Origin: a virus
Lineage: Duplodnaviria; Caudoviricetes
Length of the DNA stretch: 33,012 nucleotides
Virus record (IMG/VR): IMGVR_UViG_3300030118_004045
Span: 1-33,012 of that record
Strand: one strand, 5' to 3'
Shown here: positions 23,770 through 30,594 of the stretch, piece by piece
Position numbering within the stretch: the stretch's first letter is position 1
How the letters are laid out: every line of letters starts with the position of its first letter
Program-made: the position numbers and the translations under genes
Notes under the pieces: model-generated
Databases searched by the model: none
What the model was told of the DNA's origin: nothing
The model's input: only the letters and a program-made list of their open reading frames with translations

Positions 23770-25533
23770 ATGAATACAATCGCTATTGATTTTGAAAGTT
23801 ACTACGACAAAGATTGTTCGGTAAAATTCCTTGGACTACTAGGCTACTTCAGCCATACCGACTTCGATGCCTACAGAGTTAGTGCTGTAGGGGATGAAGG
23901 GACAAATTTCGTTGGTTGTCCCAAAGAAGAATTTGATTGGAGTGTTATAGAAAATAACAGAGTCCTATCACACAACGCACAATTTGATGAAACACTTTAT
24001 TTGTATGGAGTTGATAAAGGGTGGTGGAAAAAATATGAGTATGCTGAATGGGTGTGTACCGCAGACTTAGCAGCATATTCTGGGTTACCTAGATCTTTGA
24101 AGGGGGCTACCACCACCCTGTACAATTTAGAAGTCGATAAATCTACAAGGGATAACATGTCAGGTAAACGATGGGAGGACATGACTAAAGAGTTCCAAGA
24201 TGAAGTTGATGAGTACGCTCTCAAGGACTCAGAACTTTGTTTAAAGCTATGGCAAGACTTAGAAAGTGATTGGCCTCAAATGGAGCGGGATATTAGTTTG
24301 ATGAATAGAAGGTGTGTGCAAAGAGGTATTCCAATTAATACTAACCTACTTAAAAAATCTTTAGTAACGATCAATGAAAGACTTTTTGAAGCAGAGAACT
24401 CTATTCCTTGGATTGATGATAGACCCATACTATCTAGGCAAGCATTTAACGATGAGTGTAAAAAAGAAGGTCTAGAACCTCCTGCAAGTTTAGCTCTTAC
24501 AGATGAAGATGCTAATAAGTGGATAAAAGAAAATGAGGGCAAGTATAAATGGATTTCTGCGGTACGTGATTACAGAAGGATCAACTCACTTAAAAGAAAG
24601 TTAGAAGCTTTTGAATACGCTACGATGGGTGATAAACGATACTACGGAGGTATCTTATATCATGGAGCGCATACAGGTAGATTTAGTGGTAGTGGTGGTA
24701 ACTTAAATTTACAGAACCTACCTAGAGGAGAAATGTTTGGGGTCAACTTACGTAGTTTGATATCTCCAAAGAAGGGTAGGAAGTTAGTCGTCGTAGACTT
24801 ATCACAAATTGAAGTTAGAACTTTATGTTGGTTAGCGGAAGATCAAGACTCCTTAGATGAAATAAAAGCAAGTGACGATATCTACGAAGCCTTTGCTATC
24901 AGGTTTGATAAATGGGACAAATCAAAAGGGGTGTTAAAAGATGAAGACCCTTCACTAAGACACCTAGTTAAAACTATGGTCCTTGGTTGTGGTTACTCTG
25001 TATCAGCAGGTAAGTTTGCTTTGATATCGGGTATGGATGAAGACGAAGCTGTCAAGGCTGTAAAGCTATATAGAACAAAAATGAAACGAGTTGTGGCTCT
25101 TTGGAACAAACTACAAAGAAAGTTGCATGTAGCATATTCATTAGGAGATGATTTTAGCATTGAACTACCATCTGGACGTAGTTTGGACTACGGTAAGATA
25201 CAAACTGCCATGCAATTTGGTAGGAGGAACTACATAGCTTTGATTGCTAAAGGAGCTAAAAAGATTCCTGTAAAACTATACGGAGGACTTTTAACAGAAA
25301 ATGCATCTCAAGCACTTGCAAGGGACATATTTTCTGATATACTCACCCGCCTCGAAAATAGAGGGATGGAAATTATTTTCCACGTACATGACGAAGTTGT
25401 CATAGAAGTGGATGAGAAAGATGCAGAGGAAACTTTGGATCTTGTCATAGAAGAAATGAGAACCCCACCAGAGTGGTTACCCGATATCCCCCTAGATGCC
25501 GAAGGTAAAGTTCTGGATAAATACGAAAAATAA
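23770..25533 (+). CDS. polA: family A DNA polymerase with 3'-5' exonuclease (587 aa)
   Basis: Exo motifs IDFESY, HNAQFD and YALKD; TGRFSG…NLQN; motif A DLSQIEVR, motif B RHLVKTMVLGCGY, motif C HVHDE. ATG 23770 preferred over GTG 23749, which lies in the hairpin. Confidence 0.95.
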   Translation: MNTIAIDFESYYDKDCSVKFLGLLGYFSHTDFDAYRVSAVGDEGTNFVGCPKEEFDWSVIENNRVLSHNAQFDETLYLYGVDKGWWKKYEYAEWVCTADLAAYSGLPRSLKGATTTLYNLEVDKSTRDNMSGKRWEDMTKEFQDEVDEYALKDSELCLKLWQDLESDWPQMERDISLMNRRCVQRGIPINTNLLKKSLVTINERLFEAENSIPWIDDRPILSRQAFNDECKKEGLEPPASLALTDEDANKWIKENEGKYKWISAVRDYRRINSLKRKLEAFEYATMGDKRYYGGILYHGAHTGRFSGSGGNLNLQNLPRGEMFGVNLRSLISPKKGRKLVVVDLSQIEVRTLCWLAEDQDSLDEIKASDDIYEAFAIRFDKWDKSKGVLKDEDPSLRHLVKTMVLGCGYSVSAGKFALISGMDEDEAVKAVKLYRTKMKRVVALWNKLQRKLHVAYSLGDDFSIELPSGRSLDYGKIQTAMQFGRRNYIALIAKGAKKIPVKLYGGLLTENASQALARDIFSDILTRLENRGMEIIFHVHDEVVIEVDEKDAEETLDLVIEEMRTPPEWLPDIPLDAEGKVLDKYEK

Positions 25534-25534
25534 C

Positions 25535-27724
25535 ATGCACCATTATAGATACTTAAAAAACCTATCAGACCACCACACTAACACTTGCGAAACACTTACA
25601 ACATTTAATAAAACTCCGAAGAAGTTTACAGATAAAGAAAAGCGTAGGGCATGGATGAACCATCCAGATACAGATTACGTATTTTATTCTCTGAATGAAG
25701 GAACAATAGCCTCTACAAGAATATCTAAAAGGGGTGGTAACAAAGTAGAAGCAATGTATGGCTTCGTTGTTGAGTATGATAACATTGACCCTGATTGGGA
25801 TAAGGTAGTAGAAGAAGTACTTTCTAAATGTGGACCCTTCCCACCAACTGTTATAACTAGAACTCCTTCTGGTGGTATCAGACTTATATGGGAGTTTGAA
25901 GGAAAGCTGCTGATAGACTACAGAATGTTTAACGCTTTTGTCAAAGCACTAGCAGACAAGTTAAGAGTAAGGCGTATGTTTGCAGGTTTCGATGAGTCTT
26001 GTTTGGATGCAGCTAAGTATTGGTTTCTAGGTGAGATTATTCACGTTACTGGAAAAAGACTAAAGAAAGACTTTTATAAAAAGCTATTAATAAAAACTAG
26101 TATCAAACACCCACCACAAGCTCCGACTGCTTTAAGTATCCCACTAGAGGTTATTGAAAAAGAAGTACGTGAGAACGAGAAATACAAAGGTAGATGGACT
26201 TCAGGCTTTAATGTAGGGGATAGAGGACCATTGTTCTGGATAGATGATGGTATAGAAAGAGATGGTTGTCAGGTGACTCTAGATGGGATGGTCTGTTACT
26301 CAGATAGGGCAGGTAAAGGTTTCTTAACTTGGAAAGAAATATTTGGGCAGACCTTTGTAGATGAATATGAGAATGCAAAACTAGACCATCTAGTAGATAA
26401 ATATTGGTTTACAGGTAAAGCTTTCTACACTTTCATCAACGGAAAAGCATGTACCTTAGATAAAGATCAACTTAAACTAGAACTGAGGCAAGCAGGTTTT
26501 AGGACAACAAGGAACGGGCAACCACTAACCGAAGTAGAAAACGCTATCTTAATAATTCAACAAAATAGTAGAATAGATGAAGTAGCCCCCATCATATTTG
26601 ATGAAAGAAGGATAGTAGAGTCAGGGCCAAATAAGATTTTAAATACCAGTACACTTAAAGCAGTACAACCTGCGGGGGACGCTGACAAAAATAAATGGAA
26701 GTTTATAGATACATGGCTAACTCAATTCTTTAAAGACAAAGAATCTCTCGATTATTTTTATGGGTGGTTACAAAGAATCTATTCCGCTGTCTACGAAAAA
26801 GAGTCTAAACAAGGACACGCACTTATATTGGTAGGACCAACAAACAAAGGTAAGTCTCTGTTATCTAACAAATTGATTGGTGGCTTACTTGGTGGGTTTG
26901 CTGATGCTTCAGATTACCTTAGTGGTGATAGTAAGTTTAACAAAGAATTAGGTAGGGTAGCTGCTTGGGTTATTGATGATACAACTTCGGCTGCTTCTTT
27001 TGCAGAACAACGTAGAGCCACTGAGCTAATTAAAAAAGCAACTGCTAACCCAAGAATTGAGTACCAAGCAAAGTTTGAAGACACTATAACTATTAGTTGG
27101 GCAGGTCGGGTAATCATGTCTTTAAACATGGACCCTACCAGTTTATCAGTTATACCTGCTTTGGACTCTAGTAACAGAGATAAAATACTAGCCTTACGTA
27201 TTTCCGATAAGGCAGAAAGTAACTTTGCTAAACTATTAGGAGTCGAAGAAGCCAGTAATACTATCATAGAATCAAAGATAGCTGAAGAGCTTCCATACTT
27301 TGCTCAATGGTTACTACACGAATTTAAAGTCCCTAAACACATAAAGGGTGACTCAAGATTTGGTATTAAATCTTTCATTGATCCTGAGATAGAAGAAGTT
27401 GCTTTTGCTAATTCAACAAGATCTATTTTAATAGAAACAGTAGAATTTTTTGTGCGTAAATTTAGAGAATACGATTCTACAAGAACTGTATGGAGAGGAT
27501 CTGCTACAGACTTCATGTCCCTTGTAACAGAATTGAATGGTGGTAAACCATTAAATAACTTAACTGTGAATACAGAGTTTATGCGTCGCAGTATGCAGTC
27601 GCTAGAAGAAGCTTGCAAAGCTGATTCTACTATCAGACCAGTCACTTCTCAGTACAAGAAACACAACAAAATTTATTCCATTGATTTAGATACAAAATGG
27701 GATATAAGTGATCTTGATGACTAG
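25535..27724 (+). CDS. primase-helicase: N-terminal AEP/PrimPol-like domain plus C-terminal SF3 (D5/DUF5906-like) helicase
   Basis: GFVVEYD and RTPSGGIRLIW AEP-like motifs; Walker A GPTNKGKS, Walker B WVIDD, motif C IMSLN. ATG is 1 nt after the polA stop. Confidence 0.8.
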   Translation: MHHYRYLKNLSDHHTNTCETLTTFNKTPKKFTDKEKRRAWMNHPDTDYVFYSLNEGTIASTRISKRGGNKVEAMYGFVVEYDNIDPDWDKVVEEVLSKCGPFPPTVITRTPSGGIRLIWEFEGKLLIDYRMFNAFVKALADKLRVRRMFAGFDESCLDAAKYWFLGEIIHVTGKRLKKDFYKKLLIKTSIKHPPQAPTALSIPLEVIEKEVRENEKYKGRWTSGFNVGDRGPLFWIDDGIERDGCQVTLDGMVCYSDRAGKGFLTWKEIFGQTFVDEYENAKLDHLVDKYWFTGKAFYTFINGKACTLDKDQLKLELRQAGFRTTRNGQPLTEVENAILIIQQNSRIDEVAPIIFDERRIVESGPNKILNTSTLKAVQPAGDADKNKWKFIDTWLTQFFKDKESLDYFYGWLQRIYSAVYEKESKQGHALILVGPTNKGKSLLSNKLIGGLLGGFADASDYLSGDSKFNKELGRVAAWVIDDTTSAASFAEQRRATELIKKATANPRIEYQAKFEDTITISWAGRVIMSLNMDPTSLSVIPALDSSNRDKILALRISDKAESNFAKLLGVEEASNTIIESKIAEELPYFAQWLLHEFKVPKHIKGDSRFGIKSFIDPEIEEVAFANSTRSILIETVEFFVRKFREYDSTRTVWRGSATDFMSLVTELNGGKPLNNLTVNTEFMRRSMQSLEEACKADSTIRPVTSQYKKHNKIYSIDLDTKWDISDLDD

Positions 27725-27983
27725 AGATGAGATAAACGAATTCTGTGAAACAGTAGTCCCAAGTGAAGAGGTTATAGTCCCAGATGGGTTTGACGGTGCT
27801 TTTATTGGAGTCGCTTTAGATGAAGATCCTACAAGAGCTGTATATTCTATAGAAAGATGTATACAAATATTATCTGAAGAAATGAAACCAGATGAAGCCG
27901 AAGAATATTTTTGGGTTAATGTAGCAGGAGCAAGAGGTGAAGGGTATCCTATCTTTATATCTACACCTGAAGAAACTTATTGA
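27717..27983 (+). CDS. conserved small phage protein (DGFDGAFIG…VYS…EAEEYF…N…GA…P-x-F), paralog 2
   Basis: Motif pattern of a common phage hypothetical family; aligns with 19336-19593. Confidence 0.8.
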   Translation: MTRDEINEFCETVVPSEEVIVPDGFDGAFIGVALDEDPTRAVYSIERCIQILSEEMKPDEAEEYFWVNVAGARGEGYPIFISTPEETY

Positions 27984-28507
27984 AATAACGTAGGTGAGTT
28001 TAGATCACCTATATCAATATGTAGACCAGAGGTTTTATACACGAAGCCATCAGTATCTTTATCTCCTCTTTGTTTATACTCAGCTTCCTTCAATAGTTTT
28101 GTAGTAGGTAACCAACCTACAATCCAAACAACCATGAAATCCTTACGTACTCTGGTGAAAAAATAAACGTCGTTGTCTGGCATGAACTGCTTCTTGCAAT
28201 TAACAGACGCAGAGTAATGAGGTTTTGGAGGGGTAGCACAAGACTTTGATTTAACTTCTATCTTCCTTTTTTTGTACTCAATATCATGTGTGTACACGGA
28301 GTCACCTACATACTTACTCCTCTTCAAATAGTTTTGTACTGCTATCTCTCCTAAGTATCCTGCCATACGCCCTAAACCCTGAGTAAATGAGTTAGGTAGC
28401 ACTCCTAATTTACAAGAGCGTTTGTGAGCAATAACTAAGTCCTCGCTCGTGGGTCGGTAAACAACAAAGTTGTCCTCGACCTTAAATCGTTTTTTATTTC
28501 TAGCCAA
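27977..28507 (-). CDS. PD-(D/E)XK restriction-endonuclease-like protein
   Basis: GYLGEIAV helix Glu, HDIEY…IEVKSK catalytic pattern, DVYFF…WIVGW strands; TTG start. Confidence 0.65.
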   Translation of the reverse strand: MARNKKRFKVEDNFVVYRPTSEDLVIAHKRSCKLGVLPNSFTQGLGRMAGYLGEIAVQNYLKRSKYVGDSVYTHDIEYKKRKIEVKSKSCATPPKPHYSASVNCKKQFMPDNDVYFFTRVRKDFMVVWIVGWLPTTKLLKEAEYKQRGDKDTDGFVYKTSGLHIDIGDLNSPTLFQ

Positions 28508-28508
28508 A

Positions 28509-28811
28509 TCAATCTTGGTTTATTCGTTTGAGGAATGCTTCCCATGCAGGGAAGAATATCTCCTCCATGCAACGGACAATCGCCTCTTGATCATAGTTCT
28601 CTAACCACCCTACACCACTTAGTAATAAACTAGCCTCCATCATCTCATGCCTTATGGTGTGTATGAGGGCTTTGCCTTTGAGAGTATTATTTATCTCAAT
28701 AGTTTTCTTGTCGTGTAGATATAATCCGTAATCAGGGCTATCACCATTAAAGGGAACTAAAGCAAGCTTTACTCGTCTGCCAGCAATAGAAACTGTCTTT
28801 GGAAGTTCCAC
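28509..28811 (-). CDS. small zincin-like (metallopeptidase-fold) protein with HEMME variant motif
   Basis: YGLY…IEIN…TIRHEMMEA…QEAIV pattern; GTG at 28811 is coupled to the amidase stop. Confidence 0.6.
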   Translation of the reverse strand: MELPKTVSIAGRRVKLALVPFNGDSPDYGLYLHDKKTIEINNTLKGKALIHTIRHEMMEASLLLSGVGWLENYDQEAIVRCMEEIFFPAWEAFLKRINQD

Positions 28812-28812
28812 A

Positions 28813-29367
28813 TTACCACCTTTCCACAAGCTCCGAATATAGTGTGATCCCCCCTGCTATAGCCGAGGCCATTCCTTGTTTACTATTTACAGCTAAATCC
28901 CAATCTTCTTTATTAGTCCCAAAAAATGGTTCTGCGATACAGGCGGGCATTGAGGTAGCCCGTAGAAAGTAAGCTCCTCTACTTCCTTTTTTACGTGGTT
29001 TAATTCCCCTGCTCCTAAACAACGGGAAAGAATCTTCAAAAGAATCCCTTAATGTACGGGCAAGTAATCTGCCTTTTTCAGAGGTATGCCAGTGTAACCA
29101 TTCATGTCCTGTTGCTTTGGGTGTTGCTGCATTGAAGTGTAATTCAACGGCTGTATCTACACGGTCTTCATCTAGCTTCCTAGCTAACCACCGCATAGCA
29201 GTGACATAACTTCCACCTTTATAGGTGTGATAAATCTTATACGGTTGTTTTAATTCCTTGCCAATCATCTCGGCAAGCTCCGAATTGTAATCCCATTCAG
29301 TGACTCCAGTTACAGATGCTGCACCTGAGTCATTTGGTCGGCTGTGTCCCACGCAGATTGCTATCAT
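28813..29367 (-). CDS. endolysin, N-acetylmuramoyl-L-alanine amidase (Amidase_3)
   Basis: Zn ligands CVGH…TEWDYN…ELHFNA and catalytic IAEPFF. Confidence 0.9.
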   Translation of the reverse strand: MIAICVGHSRPNDSGAASVTGVTEWDYNSELAEMIGKELKQPYKIYHTYKGGSYVTAMRWLARKLDEDRVDTAVELHFNAATPKATGHEWLHWHTSEKGRLLARTLRDSFEDSFPLFRSRGIKPRKKGSRGAYFLRATSMPACIAEPFFGTNKEDWDLAVNSKQGMASAIAGGITLYSELVERW

Positions 29368-29599
29368 TACCTATTATTATAGCACGTCTGTACGAAAAAT
29401 CACTGTGGAACTTTTGACCCCTGCCCATGAGATTACCCTCTACAAAGGGATAATCGTAGCCTTTTATAAGGCTGATTGTAGGCGGATCATATATTGCGCT
29501 TTCGTTCAATCTGGAGTCGCCCGCTAAGTCGCTCAAGTTGCAGCTTGGCAGCAGGGCTACCATCAGCAGCAAGCTTATCAATTTTATCTTCCAAGTCAT
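29330..29599 (-). CDS. lipoprotein, putative o-spanin (Rz1-like)
   Basis: Signal peptide MTWKIKLISLLLMVALLPS-C lipobox; 5' part overlaps the upstream gene in another frame; located in the lysis cassette. Confidence 0.6.
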   Translation of the reverse strand: MTWKIKLISLLLMVALLPSCNLSDLAGDSRLNESAIYDPPTISLIKGYDYPFVEGNLMGRGQKFHSDFSYRRAIIIGNDSNLRGTQPTK

Positions 29600-29681
29600 A
29601 AAGGTATCTGCGTTGTTTGCCTTTAGTGTAGTTCACATAAGCTTCTAACGCTAATACAATTATGCGGAAAAAATGCCTCAC
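29487..29681 (-). CDS. putative i-spanin (Rz-like), 64 aa
   Basis: Short N-terminal hydrophobic stretch then a helical charged region; GTGA coupling to the holin; overlaps the lipoprotein gene by 113 nt. Confidence 0.5.
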   Translation of the reverse strand: MRHFFRIIVLALEAYVNYTKGKQRRYLYDLEDKIDKLAADGSPAAKLQLERLSGRLQIERKRNI

Positions 29682-29842
29682 TTCTTTTTAGACAGTATAG
29701 ACCAAATAACACCTACAAGAGTAACTGCTGCTGATACACCAGTGGTTACTTCCTCACCAGAAGCTAAACCATTTTGAGTCATAAACCCCCCACCGAAAGT
29801 AAGGATATGACGGATAATACCTAATATTGCTTGTTTGTTCAT
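29678..29842 (-). CDS. putative holin, 54 aa (MNKQAILGIIRHILTFGGGF…VGVIWSILSKKK; not in ORF track)
   Basis: Two hydrophobic segments, IRH-x-LT…GG and WS motifs resembling Pam3 gp28-type holins, basic C-terminus; ATGA overlap with the upstream gene. Confidence 0.75.
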   Translation of the reverse strand: MNKQAILGIIRHILTFGGGFMTQNGLASGEEVTTGVSAAVTLVGVIWSILSKKK

Positions 29843-30012
29843 TTCTTTTTCTTAATTAAATTGTATAAAGTGATTATAGCTACAGTAATACCTAAGAGAC
29901 CTCCAACAACTTGGATGCCCCATTGAATGACTTCCGCATACGGAATCGTGACTGCTATTAAAGAGCCAGTCACTCCTGTAACCCCTTTAGCTACTATTTC
30001 GCTATTGCTCAT
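29839..30012 (-). CDS. small membrane protein, holin/antiholin-like (57 aa, MSNSEIVAKG…)
   Basis: Hydrophobic helices and a KKKK tail; ATG 30012 is 9 nt from a promoter; first gene of the lysis cassette. Confidence 0.65.
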   Translation of the reverse strand: MSNSEIVAKGVTGVTGSLIAVTIPYAEVIQWGIQVVGGLLGITVAIITLYNLIKKKK

Positions 30013-30021
30013 AAAGTGAGC

Positions 30022-30049
30022 AATATACCACAAATACAAACTCAATCAA
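30022..30049 (-). promoter_or_regulatory. sigma70-like promoter TTGATT-16-TATATT with extended -10 TG, overlapped by an inverted repeat
   Basis: -35 at 30049-44, -10 at 30027-22; inverted repeat TATTGCTCA-5-TGAGCAATA at 30003-30025. Confidence 0.6.
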
Positions 30050-30058
30050 CAAACCCTA

Positions 30059-30340
30059 TTAATCGGGCAAAACTATATCCTCGGTAGAATCTTCTACCTT
30101 CATAGTCTCTTGAAACTTAGTGAGTCCCTCTTTTTCGGTGGGTACAGTGTGACTGTCATTCACGTCACTAATCGTCCACCAGCCTTTTTCCCGAAGCTTT
30201 AAGTAGTCCCCATAGTCATGGCAAACTCTTTTGTCAGTATGCTCAGTAGCATTCCCATCAGCATCGGTACTTTGTTGAGGCACTGGATTATACATCCAGT
30301 GCGACTTGAAGTCCTCTTCGGATAGATCTAAGTCAGGCAT
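30059..30340 (-). CDS. hypothetical protein (93 aa), tail-fibre associated
   Basis: TAATG coupling at 30340; downstream of the fibre gene. Confidence 0.65.
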   Translation of the reverse strand: MPDLDLSEEDFKSHWMYNPVPQQSTDADGNATEHTDKRVCHDYGDYLKLREKGWWTISDVNDSHTVPTEKEGLTKFQETMKVEDSTEDIVLPD

Positions 30341-30534
30341 TACTCTGACTTTTCTTCTTCTTTAGCCTCTTCAGGCTTTGGAGGTTCTTCTCCAGTTTGT
30401 TTAGCAATTTCTTTAGCTACAACAACAAGAGCTTCTGCACCATTCAACCCGACTTGTTTAGTCGTAATATCGAGTGCTTGGTAGATTATTTGAATAAATC
30501 CTTTGGGAATTTCTAATGTAACTTTTTCTTCCAT
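30340..30534 (-). CDS. small protein (64 aa), possible tail-fibre assembly chaperone
   Basis: ALDITTKQVGL-type helical peptide directly after the fibre gene; has its own promoter. Confidence 0.6.
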   Translation of the reverse strand: MEEKVTLEIPKGFIQIIYQALDITTKQVGLNGAEALVVVAKEIAKQTGEEPPKPEEAKEEEKSE

Positions 30535-30543
30535 AATACGTTT

Positions 30544-30571
30544 AGAATAGGCATATTTAAGGACTGTTCAA
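30544..30571 (-). promoter_or_regulatory. sigma70-like promoter TTGAAC-16-TATTCT
   Basis: -35 at 30571-66, -10 at 30549-44; ATG at 30534 is 9 nt downstream. Confidence 0.55.
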
Positions 30572-30594
30572 GTATTTTATTTAAATAAAAATAT

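Noticed and set aside
17314-27645. Opposite-strand ORFs within terL, ruvC, helicase, nuclease, SSB, polA and primase (including the LVLVLV-ending ORF 22780-23031)
   Set aside because: Antisense to well-supported genes. The LV run is simply the complement of the hexamer repeat.
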